From the NCBI GenBank assembly GCA_963514005.1, contig OY740786.1:54808001-54872000 (forward strand): DNA of 64,000 bases, given 5' to 3'. The notes below the pieces were generated by a model, which made no database searches, had not been told where the DNA came from, and saw only the letters and a program-made list of their open reading frames with translations. Source of the stretch: Raja brachyura (lineage: Eukaryota). Below are positions 24,691-36,500 of the stretch, piece by piece; position 1 is the stretch's first letter, and the number at the start of each line of letters is the position of its first letter. The translations under genes and the position numbers were made by a program.

Positions 24691-25625
24691 CTAGCTTAAA
24701 GTCTCCCCAGTGGCCTTTGCAAATTTCCCCACCAGGATATTGGTCCCCCTCGGGTTCAAGTGCAACCCATCCTTTCTGTACAGGTCCCACCTTCCCCAGA
24801 AGAAGTCCCAATGATCCAGAAACTTGAATCCCTGCCCTCTGCACCAGTCTTTCAGCCACGCATTTATCCTCCACCTTGCTCCATTTCTACTCTCACTGTC
24901 GCGTGGCACAGGCAGTAATCCTGAGATTGTTACCTTTTTGGTCCTTTTCCTCAACTCTCCTCCCAAGTCCTTAAATCCTCCCTTCAGGACCTCTTCCCTT
25001 TTTTTACCTATGTCATTGGTACCTATATGTACCACAACCTCAGGCTCCTCTCCCTCTGATTTGAGGATATCCTGGACACGTTGAGACACGTCCGAGACCT
25101 TGGCACCTGGGAGGCAGACCACCATCCTGGTCTCCCGACTGCATCCACAGAATCGCCTATCCGACCCCCTAACAATATAGTCCCCAATTACTATTGCCCT
25201 CCTCTTTTTTTCCCTACCTTTCGGAGCAACAGGGCCGGTCTCTGTGCTGAAGGCCCGTCCGCTGTTGCTACCCCCGGGTAGGCTGTCACCCCCATCCGTA
25301 CTCAAACAGGAGTACTTATTTGCCAGGTGTACTGACATTGGAGTGCTCACTCATTCATGCCTCTGCCCCTTGCCCTTCCTTGGCGTGACCCACATGTCTC
25401 TCTCCTGTAGTTTTGGAGTGACATCTCCCTATAACTCTCCTCTATCACCTCTTCACTCTCCCTGACCAGACAGAGGTCATCAAGCTGCTGCTCCAGGATC
25501 CTAATACGGTCCCTTAGGATCCTCATCTCTCTGCACCTGGTGCAGATGTGGACGTCAAGAGGGCCATCCGACACCATGACCTCCCACATCTGACATCCAG
25601 TAGAGTACACTGCTCTGGCTGACAT
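24691..25625 (-). pseudogene. CR1 ORF1: zinc finger/leucine zipper plus SGNH esterase, frameshifted
   Basis: CQMW...HICTRC, RILEQQLDDL; IVIGDYIVRG (GDS-type block, Ser altered), GAKV, HIGTND, DGLHLN. Confidence 0.85.
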
Positions 25626-25907
25626 TCTCTCGCCTTACCCTGGATCCGATACCAGTATAATTTAATAGAAACCGCTGTGAGAAATCAGCAGGTATCGGAC
25701 TCAAACAGCTGCTCCCTCTTGACCTTTAAACTACACCTTTATTATACAAACCAAAAGCACTGTACCTTTAGTAACCCACTGTACCTTTACTAACCCACTG
25801 TACCTTTAACCAGAAATACTAACCAGAGGTTCCACCCAATCAGCTGCTTCCTCTAGTCTGCTTCCACCAATCAGCGGCTTCCACCAGAAACCTCCCTATT
25901 CAAAACC

Positions 25908-26432
25908 CTCCTCCAGTCGCTCCAACGGTCCCAGGCCTCTGTAAAAAACAAGCCCCGCGCTGGATTTATCTACTCACCGCCCCTGACCCTCTTCCACTCG
26001 CTCCAACGGTCCCGGGCCTCTGTAAAAACAAGCCACCCCATGCTGGATTTATCTACTCACCGCCCCTGACCCTCCTCCACTCGCTCCAATGGTCCCGGGC
26101 CTCTGTAAAAACAAGCCCCGCGCTGGATTTATCTACTCACCGCCCCTGACCCTCTTCCACTCGCTCCAACGGTCCCGGGCCTCTGTAAAAACAAGCCGCC
26201 CCATGCTGGATTTATCTACTCACCGCCCCTGACCCTCCTCCACTCGCTCCAACGGTCCCGGGCCTCTGTAAAAACAAGCCCCGCGCTGGATTTATCTACT
26301 CACCGCCCCTGACCCTCTTCCACTCACTCCAACGGTCCCGGGCCTCTGTAAAAACAAGCCGCCCCATGCTGGATTTATCTACTCACCGCCCCTGACCCTC
26401 CTCCACTCGCTCCAAGGGTCCCGGGCCTCTGT
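25908..26432. repeat. Tandem array of ~80/83-bp monomers (about 6.5 copies) in the CR1-B 5' UTR
   Basis: Unit CCACTCGCTCCAACGGTCCCGGGCCTCTGTAAAAACAAGCC...CTGGATTTATCTACTCACCGCCCCTGACCCT with two alternating variants. Confidence 0.93.
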
Positions 26433-27524
26433 GGATATGACAGAGCCTCCTCATATGACTAGTCCCGCCATCCCAGGGATCAATCTCGTGAACCTATACT
26501 GTACTGCCTTAATCACAAGGATATCCTTCCTCAAATAAGGAGACCAAAACTGTACACAATACTCCAGATGCGGTCTTACCAGAGCCCTATACAACTGCAG
26601 AAAAACTTCTTTACTCCTATACTGAAATCTTCTTGTTATGAAGGCCAACATTCCATTTGTTTTTTTTGCTGCATGGTGTACCTGCACGCCAACTTTCAGT
26701 GACTGTTGTACAAGGACACCCAGGTCTCGCTGTACCTCCCCCTTACCTAACCTAACCCCATTGAGATAATAATCTGCCCCCGTTTTTGCCGCCAAAGTGG
26801 ATAACCTCACATTTATATATATTATACTGCATCTGCCATGCATCTGTCCACTCACTCAACCTGTTCAGGTCACCCTGCATCCTCCTAACATCCTCTTCGC
26901 AGTTCACACTGCCACCCAGCTTTGTGTCATCCGCAAACTTGCTAGTGTTGCTCCTAATTCCCTCTTCCAAATCCTTAATATATATGGTAAGCAGTTGCGG
27001 CCCCAACACTGAGCCTTGGGGCACTCCACTTGCCACTGCCTGCCATTCTGAAAAGGACCCGTTCACTCCTACTCTTTGCTTCCTGTCTGCCAACCAATTT
27101 TCTATCCACTTCAACACCCTAACCCCAATACCATGTGCTTTAATTTTTTTTTTTAATATTTTTTTATTTGAAGTAACCAGTTTACAATGTATAACACACA
27201 TTTAAAACATCATCTTAATTCAAAATTTCTACAAATAGCACATCGATAATTAATATCGTCTGTTTTTTTGGAAATAAAGATAGAAAAAGATATATAATAA
27301 AGAGGAAAAGAAAAAAAGAGATAGAAATAGAAAACAATCTACAAATACAAATTAAAAAAAATATATATATTATATATATATAAATCAAAAACAACTAAGT
27401 ACATTATACATGAAATTATTTCAAACAATAATATCAATGGGACATGCGCATTAATCCCATATGTAAATAAGTTATTCTCATCGGATTCCGTAGGGTGCCC
27501 ATCGAGCCGTGATGCCAAGAACAG

Positions 27525-30500
27525 CTACTTCTCTAGATACTGTATATATGGAGACCATATCAGTTCAAAAGAATTATACCTGTCCAATAGGACAAATCTA
27601 ATTCTTTCCAAATATAACGTCTCCTGCATCTCTGCTGTCCACATTTTAATTGTTGGGGATAATGTTCCCTTCCAAAATTTCAATATGATTTTTTTCCCTA
27701 TTATCAAACAGTAATCAAAGAAATTTCTTTGATGCACTGTCAAAACCAAACTTGATTCCGGAATTCCAAATATTATTAATTTTGGGTCAGGGTCCAGTTT
27801 AACTTTAAGAACTTCAGAAATTACTTTAAAAATTTCTGTCCAGTAATAATTCAACTTAGGGCATGTTACAAAACTATGTATTAAGTTTGCTTCTAGATTC
27901 TTACATTTATCACAAATAGCGGAGAGATTGGGAAAAATACTATTTAATTTGGTTTTCGAATAATGTAATCTATATAGTACTTTAAATTGTATTAATATAT
28001 GTCTAGCATTTAAAGAACACCGATTTATTCTCTGTAAGCTTTCTTCCCAAATTTCTTTTGTTATAGGTAATCCAATTTCATTTTCCCATGCTTGGCGATA
28101 TGTTTCAGTTATTGGGGTCTCTTTATCTAGAATAATATTATATATATGAGCTATTAACTTTTCCGTATTTGGATGTAAATTAAACAAACCATCTAATAAG
28201 CCTGGTTCTTTATTTTTATAATCTTGTGTATTACATTTAATGTAATCTCTAATTTGTAAATATCTAAACAAATGTTGTGAAGGCAATCCAAAAATATCTT
28301 GCAACTCTTCAAATAATAAAAAATTTCCATTTCTATAAAGGTGTCCTATCCTTTTAATTCCTAAATCCTCCCAGAGTCTAAACCCCGCATCTAATATTGA
28401 GGGTTTAAACAATGGGTTATTCCTAATTGGTAACCTGAAGGATAGATTATCCAGATGTAAAGTCTTAACTATCTGTTTCCATATACGCCTATTATTATAA
28501 ATTATAGGGTTATCCCTATAAATCTTTTTTTGTACTTCCTTTGGCGCAAAGAGAATCGAGCCTATATTAAAAGGTAAACAGTCTTCCTTTTCCATCTTTA
28601 ACCACATTGGTTCATTATCCAGATTTATCCACCAAAAATTCATATTCTTAATCTGAACTGCCCAAAAGTAATATAAAAAATTTGGAAGTGCTAACCCTCC
28701 ATTTATCTTAGACTTACATAAGTGTTTTTTACTTATTCTATGACTTTTATAGTCCCAAATAAAACTATTAACAATATTATCAATTTTCTTTAAAAAAATT
28801 TCGGGAGAAAAAAAGGAATAGCCTGAAACAAATATAACAATTGTGGTAAAAAAATCATTTTTATAGCATTAATTCTACCAACCATAGATATAGGAAGTGT
28901 TTTCCAATATGAAATATTTTTTATAAGTTTATCTAATAATTGAGGATAATTAGATTTAATTAATAATTTATAGGATTTAGGTACATTAATTCCTAAGTAT
29001 TTAAATTTATCTGTGACTATTTTTAATGGATATTGTTGCAATATATTTACATTTATGCCAGTTATAGGCATAATTTCACTTTTATTCCAGTTAATCCTAT
29101 ATCCTGAAAATATACTAAATTCATTTATAACATTAAATAACTTGGGAATACTGCATTCCGGTCTTGTAATATAAATCAAAACATCATCTGCATATAAAGA
29201 TATTTTATTAATTGTTGTATCAGTATTATAACCATATATTTCAGGTTCAGATCTAATTCTTTCAGCCAGAGGCTCTATGACCAAGGCAAATAATAAAGGG
29301 GATAACGAACATCCCTGTCTGCATCCCCTAAATAGTTTAAATTTAGGTGATAGTATTTGATTAGTTAAAATTCTTGCAGTAGGATTAGAGTATAATATTC
29401 TTACCCATTTACAGAATCCATCCCCCAATTGAAACTTTTCCATTATATTAAATAAATATGACCATTCCACCTGATCGAATGCTTTTTCTGCATCCAACGA
29501 TATAACTGCTAATTCTGTGTCTCTTTTTCTTTTCGAATATATGATATTAAACAGGCGCCTGAGATTGTGTGATGAATAACGTTTTGGAATAAAACCTGTT
29601 TGATCGTGATGTATTATTTTAGAAATCACTAAACTTAGCCTCCGAGATAGTACTTTAGTTAATATTTTTTGGTCAGTATTTAAAAGAGCAATCGCTCTAT
29701 ATGATCCAGGATCTTCCAGATCCTTGTCTAACTTAGGAATGAGTGTAATTGTAGATTCGTTTAAGGATTCTGGTAATTTTCCTAGTTCATATGCATATCT
29801 ATACACTGTCTGTAATCTTGGTGAGATTAGATCATTAAATTTTTTATAAAATTCTGCACTCAGGCCATCAGGGCCCGCGGTTTTTCCATTTTTTAACGAA
29901 CCAATTGATTCTTCAATATCTCTTACTGATATTTCAGCATTTAACAATTGTCTACTTTCCAGATCTAGCCTATTAATATGACATTTGTCTAGAAATTTTT
30001 CCATTTCATCTGTTTGCCCTGTTGATTTTGATGAATAAAGATTTTGATAATATTGTAAAAATGTGTCATTAATATCCTTTGGTATAGTCAGTATGTTTCC
30101 CTGCATAGATCTAATACTATGTATAGTTTTTTCATCGTCTAATTTTCTGAGTTGTCGTGCTAATAATTTTTGTGGCTTATCTCCAAATTCAAAATGTACT
30201 TGTTTGGTTTTTTGAAAAAGTTTAATAACTTGGTCAGAATATATTTTATTTAATCTATATTTTAATATTGCAATTTTATTAACTAACTCTTTAGAAGGAT
30301 GTCTTATATTTTCACTATCTAATCGTTTTATCTCCTTTTCTAACTTTTGCTCCGTCTTTCGATTTTCTTTATTAAAATATGCTTGTGCTGATATTATTGC
30401 ACCACGCATAAATGCTTTAAATGTATCCCATAATAATAATGGGGAAATCTCAGGTTTATCATTAGTTTCGAAAAATAATTTAATCTGTTCCTCCACATAA

Positions 30501-31312
30501 TTACAACAGCCTTTGTCCTTCAATATTTGTGGGTTAAATCTCCAAGTGTTAGTTTTATTAACTATATCTTTTAATTTTATCTTGAATGTTAGCGGTGCAT
30601 GATATGAGATAATAATATTGTGGTATTTTGCATCATACGTGAAGGGAAGTAATTTTGAATCGACTAAAAAATAATCTATCCTCGAATAGGTTCCAAATAC
30701 CGGTGAGAAAAATGAATATTCACGTCCAGTTGGATTATCCAATCTCCAAATATCCTTAACATTCGATGTATTAATAAAAGAATTTATAAATTTACTTGAC
30801 TTAGAAAGAGCTTTCCTTTTCGTGGGAGATCTATCCAAATAATTATCTAAAGTACAATTTAAATCACCCCCAATTATTAAATTATATTGAGTGGAAATAG
30901 GGATATTATTAAATATTTTCTTGAAAAATAATGGGTTATCAAAATTGGGTGCATATATATTCATAAGAATTACTTTTTTTGACTGTAATTCCCCTGTAAT
31001 TATTAAATATCTACCCTCCTTATCCTCTATTATAGAACTAGGTTTAAAAGGTATGCCTTTATGAATAATTATTGCAACTCCTCTAGATTTATGTATAAAT
31101 GATGAGTGATACACCTTTGAAATCCACTTAGCTGTTAATCTATATTGAGCATCTTTTTTAAGATGTGTCTCTTGAAGAAACGTAACATCTGATTTCAATC
31201 TATTCAACTGAGCTAACACCTTTCCCCTTTTAACTGGTTCATTAATTCCCTTAACATTCCAACTACAGAAGGTGATTCCATCACCCCCAATCCTTACATT
31301 CATATCTTGCAT
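27525..31312 (-). CDS. L1 ORF2p (endonuclease, RT, CCHC) with one frameshift at ~28790
   Basis: SWNVKG, LQETH, GGDLN, SRIDY; SLDAEKAFD, QGCSLSP, YADD; CDKC...H...C. Adding one T to the T7 run joins the two ORFs. Confidence 0.9.
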
Positions 31313-31936
31313 TTTATTATTAGGGTGGCTTTTTTTGGGGTAGCCTTCTTGACTCCTCCGGCCCGACATAACAGCCCTGCTTTAGTCCGATGAAAATTAC
31401 CAATTCTATTAATCCATGTCCATTTAACCTGGTTATATAATATAAGTCGTAACCATAATCATATAATATATAATATAAAATCGAAAAATAGTAAAAAATG
31501 TAAATATAAAAAAAGTATAGGGTGATAAAAGGGTGTAGAGAAAAAAAAGAATACACTTTTATAGCGTGTAGTGTGCACAAGTGGAAGCCACACTAGTATG
31601 GCTATTAATCTAAGGACTTCCGTTTTCTTAGAAAAAAGATGTTGGTTATTCCAGCTCTTATCTAGAATGCTGTATATGTTGGGGTGGGGTACTAACTTTA
31701 TGTTCTTAGTAACTATTTCTATTATTCATATAACTGATTTCTAGTTATTAGTTTCTATTATAATTAGTATTATAATAAGTAATACTATATTGGGGGGATA
31801 AGGAAGGTCATAATAATTAGTAATTAGTAATTAGTAATTAGTAATTAATAATTAATACAATACTACAACTTTAAGTCCATTATTCCGCCTTTTTCTCAAT
31901 GAATAATTCATAACCGCGGGTCAGTAAAGTTCATGC

Positions 31937-33049
31937 TTAATCCTCTCCTGTCGGATCTTCTCCTGCTTGTTGTTCTTCTTCTTCTTCTATCTTCTTCTTT
32001 ATATTCCGAGCGAATTCCAGTGCCTCCGTATGCTTTGGGAAACGATGCTCCTTCTTCTCATAGGTAACTCTCAATATTGCAGGGTACACCAGACCATATC
32101 TGATATCCTTTATTTCCTTTATGTCTCTCAGGATGCGTCTTGTTTCTGTGAATAGAGATCTTCTTTTAGCCACCTCAGCCGGGTAATCTCTGAAGATACT
32201 GATGCTATCTCCATCGTATTTCAGATTTCTCTTTCTTATTATTATCTTCATCATTTCTTCAAATTCGTGATCGTAAGCCACCTTTACAATCATTTGTCTT
32301 GGTGGTTCATCTCTCCCAGGAACACGTCTTAAAGCCCTGTGGGCACGGCCCAACAGAGGTTCTTGATCCAAATTCAGAATGTCCTTTAGGAGTTTTGCAG
32401 CGAATTTACGTGGGTCTTGATTTCCTTCGCGACCCTCGGCCAGACCTACTATACGCAAATTCTTACGTCTTTGACGTCCCTCCAAATCAATACATTTCTC
32501 ATTTATTTTTCGTAATAACTCTGAGAGACGTTTGTTCTCGGCAATTATCTTCTCGGTCTCCTTAGTACTTTTTACAGCGACCTCGGCCAGTTCTGTAATC
32601 GCTTCATTTTGCTGATCAAGTGTGGCTAAAATAGGATTCAACCTTGCCTCTATCTTCGCATCCATCATTTGCTCCATCCCATCAATCTTGTCGGTTACCT
32701 CAGCCGTTAGATTTTGTATCTCCTCCTCCGCCTTTAATTTCCATTCGTTCATCATGCTTTTTACCATCACTGTAACCTCTTTTGTAAGTTCTTCTTTGAT
32801 CTTCTGGATATCTGTTTTTAAAGCCTTCATTTCATCTTTATATTCTTTATATTCTTTCTTCATTTCTGTCTGTGTTTCTTTCTGCATTTTCTTCATCTCG
32901 GCCAGCAAAGACTTTTTAAGTTCTTCTATTTCACCTTTTCTCTGTGAAATCTCTTCTTGGGAGGCAGCCAAACTCGAGCTCGAAGCTTTGGTGAGGCCTA
33001 CCTCCTTTCTTGTGCCTTTTTTCCCCGGAGGGGGGGAGGAGGGATGCAT
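31937..33049 (-). CDS. L1 ORF1p, open (370 aa)
   Basis: DLEGRQRRKNLRIVGLAE, RAHR, IFRDYP, YPAILRV. Confidence 0.92.
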   Translation of the reverse strand: MHPSSPPPGKKGTRKEVGLTKASSSSLAASQEEISQRKGEIEELKKSLLAEMKKMQKETQTEMKKEYKEYKDEMKALKTDIQKIKEELTKEVTVMVKSMMNEWKLKAEEEIQNLTAEVTDKIDGMEQMMDAKIEARLNPILATLDQQNEAITELAEVAVKSTKETEKIIAENKRLSELLRKINEKCIDLEGRQRRKNLRIVGLAEGREGNQDPRKFAAKLLKDILNLDQEPLLGRAHRALRRVPGRDEPPRQMIVKVAYDHEFEEMMKIIIRKRNLKYDGDSISIFRDYPAEVAKRRSLFTETRRILRDIKEIKDIRYGLVYPAILRVTYEKKEHRFPKHTEALEFARNIKKKIEEEEEQQAGEDPTGED

Positions 33050-34350
33050 TTTAAAATTCTTACTGAAGTCGCGCGCCTGATGACGTCACGCAGCTTGCAG
33101 TCGCAACCGGAGCCGTTTTAAATCGTTCTCCTGCGGTAAGTACCGTTAGTAGCCTCCTTTAACCCCGTTTTTTTTGCAGATTTTTCAAGAGCTGATCGGG
33201 CGCTGTTCTCTCTTAGAACATGGCGCCACCGGAAGTCTCCCCATGTGCTTTAATTTTAGTCACCAGTCTCCCATGCGGGACCTTATCAAAGGCTTTCTGA
33301 AAGTCTAGATACATTACATCCACTGGCTCCCCTTCATCCATTTTACTTGTCACATCCTCAAAAAGTTCCAGAAGATTAGTCAAGCATGATTTTCCTTTCA
33401 TAAATCCATGCTGATTTGGACTAATCCTTTTACTGCTATCCAAATGTTCAATTATTACCTCTTTAATAATTGACTCCAGCATCTTTCCCACCACCGAAGT
33501 CAGGCTAACTGGTCTGTAATTCCCCATTTTCTCTCTCGTTCCTTTCTAGAAAAGTGGGATAACATTAGCTATCCTCCAATCCACAGGAACTGATCCTGAA
33601 TCTATTGAATATTGGAAAATGTTCACCAATGCATCCACTATTTCTAGCTTTCCACCACCCTAAGCAGAAGAGCATTCCAAAGCCCAGAACCCCCTAAAAG
33701 AAAAAGAAATGCACCACATTTATGCCTTAAATTATGACCACTGGCTTTGAACTGTGCTAAATTCATCCACAGTGGAAAACATTATTTTTTATGGCATCTA
33801 TATCAATACCCCCATGGGATATTGTATGCTTCAATGAAGTCACCTCTCATTCTATCAATATCTCTTTGTAGCTTCCTATGTCTTTCAACCATTTTTTTCT
33901 TATCCATCTTTCTCATCAGAAATGCAACCTTTTTGTCTTCATCGATAACTTTTCTATCAAAAATAATTATAAAACCGGATGGTGCACGTGCCCCTGCAAA
34001 CCAGCCCGTCCCCTTTGACTCCATCCACACTTGAAGAAAATTGAAAAAATTCCATGCAAAAACGTAAGGCACATCCCATCAGTTTTAGAAGCAGCTTCTT
34101 CCCTGCTGTTGTTACAATACTGAAGAGACCTCTCATAAGCTAAGCATGTTGGTCTCGCAACCTATCCCATTGAGGCACTTACACTTTTTTTCATCTGTAC
34201 TTTCTTTGTAGGTGTAAATCTATATGCTGCAATCTGGTTATTTTCTCTTTGCAACACCTGCTATATTTGTTTATGGCTTGATTGGACTTATGCATGGTGT
34301 GCTTTGACTGGATAGTATACAAAGGTATATTTTTCACTGTATCTCAATAC

Positions 34351-35866
34351 CAGGCACGTGCCATCAGGATAGGCAAGGTAGGCACTGCCTACCCTGACTA
34401 AAATTATAAAATGATAATTATTAAATATAAATAGTAAAGGCACGGGAGATATATGCCTACCTAAGAGATCGATCTTTTAGGTAGGCATAATTCTCCGTGC
34501 CTTTCATGCGCTGTACATGTAATACTCGAACGTCTGTGCAGCTGACGTGCTGTCGATGCTGCTTCAAGCCTTCAATGACAAGGGGAACTGAAGGCAGCTG
34601 AAACTCTGCCTTTGCAGCATGGACTGCATACTGCGTAGTGCGCATGCGCAACAGCCTACTGCGCATGCAGTTTCTTCGCGGGTTTTTCAAACATGGATTG
34701 TCATTATCTTGAGCATCTTAAGAAACAAAGAGAGAAGAATGTTCATGTACAAATAATGTGTTAAGTAGATTTCTTTGAGGTAAATGTTTTTAAATACCGT
34801 ATTTCCTGGCAATGAAGATGCTATTTTTTACCCAAATATAAGGCACGAAAATGTACCCGCGTCTTGGAGGCCGAAAGTTAGGTTGCTAGCATAATAAAGA
34901 TAGATTTGGCTTTCCCTCAGTACAGCAACATCAAGAACGAAGTTGCTGCACTGAGGGAGAGCCAAGTCTATCCCTCATTGCTAGCAGCTGATGGGAAGCG
35001 GCTGTAAAGTAGGAAGTGGCTGTAAAAGGACAGCTCTGCTGGGGGGGGGGGGGGGGGGGTGGAAGAGTTCCTTCCACAGCGTGTGGGGAGTCTGGCCAGG
35101 GGAAAAGTTGCGGGAGGGCAGGTGTGTTGAGAAGAAGGGGGTCGGGGATCATGCCAGCAACCAGCTCCAGAGCGGGTCAGCGGGCGATGGATAACAGGAC
35201 AGCGGGTAGTGGAGCTTACTCCATGTGTCAGTGCGAGTAACCTTAATTGGTCCCTTGTTCGCGCTGACACAGGAGTAAGCTCCACTGCCCACTGTCCTGT
35301 TATACATCGCCTGCTGACCCGCTCTGTTCTTTGATCTTTGCTCTTGCAAAGCTGGTCCCCTCACTGTTCAGATGAAGGCGCTGAGGTTGCAGCAGCCTCT
35401 CGCAGCCTCCCGAGCTACTTCCTTCCCCGGACACAATGCAGTGGCTCCACGCCCGGAGTGCCGCGGCAGCGGTGAGTGAGTGGGTTACTGGCATGATACC
35501 TGACCTCCTCCTTCTCAAAGGTCCTGCCCTCCTTGGCAAGTCTCCCCACATGCTGTGAAAGGAACTCTCCCCCAATTGGTCCCTTGAACTATTGTCATTC
35601 AATAAGATCACAACTGATTCAACTTGTCCTGGTGCGCTCCCGTTTCTCGCACCATCTCTCCACCTGCTGTCAACCTCCACCCCCTACCCATTCAGTACTT
35701 TAGAATGAAGGAGATTTGGAAGCCTTGGGCAAATTGAATAGTTACTTTCTTTATTTTAATTTTTTTATTTTGACGGAGAGGAGAACAATCTGCCATGTGC
35801 GGTTTAAGATTTTTTTTAAAGCTGACTGACTACCTACCCTGAGTAATTGCTCACAACACGAGCCTG
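34351..35866. mobile_element. Non-autonomous hAT element
   Basis: 8-bp TSD CTCAATAC (34343-34350, 35867-35874); imperfect TIR CAGGCACGTG / CACGAGCCTG; subterminal CCTACCCTGA motifs. Confidence 0.85.
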
Positions 35867-35884
35867 CTCAATACACATAATAAT

Positions 35885-36194
35885 TAGTTTTAGTTTTAGA
35901 GATAACATGGAAACAGGCCCTTCGGCCCACCAAGTCCTCATCGACCAGTGATCCACGCACATTAATACTATTCTACACACACTAGGGACAATTTACATTT
36001 ATAACAAGCCAATTAGCCTACAAACCTGTACGTCTTTAGAGTGTGGGAGGATTCTCGAAAGATCTCGGGAAAAACTCACACAGGTCACGGGAAGAACATA
36101 CAAATTTCATACAGACAAGCACCCATAGTCAGGATCGAATCTGGGTCCCTGGTGCTGTAAGGCAGTTATTCTACCGATGCACCACCATGCCACC
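35885..36194 (-). mobile_element. HE1-type tRNA-derived SINE, full length
   Basis: Minus strand GGTGGCATGGTGGTGCATCGGTAGA (A box)...GATTCGATCC (B box), central domain, CR1-like tail GGGCCGAAGGGCCTGTTTCC. Confidence 0.85.
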
Positions 36195-36244
36195 TAACTT
36201 CAAATGCTTCAATTTGCATAATTAAGTGTCTCTTATGAGTAGGC

Positions 36245-36500
36245 AGGAGCTGCAGATGCTGGTTTACACTGAAGATAAACACAAAATGTAACTCAGCGGA
36301 TCAGGCTAAATTTCTGGAAAAGAGGAATAAATGATGTTTCGGGTCAAGACCAGACTGAGAGACAGGAGAGGGAAATGAGAGGGAAAGGCAGAAATAACAA
36401 ATGAATGAAAGATATGCAAAAGGACAAATCAAAATCAACAACAATGATCAAGGAAAGATGGAACCCACAATGGTCCATTGTTGGCTGTGGAGAAGGTGAT
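36245..36500 (-). mobile_element. Penelope-derived terminal repeat fragment
   Basis: CTGCAGATGCTGGTTTACAC...AACTCAGCGGATCAGG...GTTTCGGGTCAAGACC. Confidence 0.6.

Larger units (their letters stand above)
21661..26445 (-). mobile_element. Full-length CR1 family B nested in CR1-A
   Basis: 5' tandem array, ORF1, ORF2 and TTATATGG-type tail. Confidence 0.9.
27148..33240 (-). mobile_element. Full-length L1-clade LINE copy 2, nearly intact
   Basis: 17-bp TSD CCATGTGCTTTAATTTT (27131-27147, 33241-33257), AATAAA and poly(A) tail, 5' GGAGACTTCCGGTGGCG. Confidence 0.96.
21205..33648 (-). mobile_element. CR1 family A, 5'-truncated, split into three pieces (21205-21660, 26446-27147, 33241-33648)
   Basis: RT reading is collinear across the two insertions: NYRPVSLTS...KIKAHG | KIKAHG...KFADDTKLG...IPGMAG | ERLKRLGFYSLE; TTCTATGT tail. 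Confidence 0.88.

Noticed and set aside
25908-26432. CRISPR-like appearance of the tandem arrays (also 37170-37630, 37858-38030)
   Set aside because: Units are contiguous with no unique spacers, there are no cas genes, and the context is eukaryotic.
28785-28805. Programmed ribosomal frameshift in L1 ORF2
   Set aside because: The three copies need different corrections (+1, -1, 0), which fits mutation rather than recoding.
34795-34880. Possible pogo/Tc2-type TIR (TACCGTATTT...) inside the hAT
   Set aside because: No matching opposite end found.
36120-36194. tRNA gene
   Set aside because: It is the degenerate tRNA-derived head of a SINE, continuous with the SINE body.
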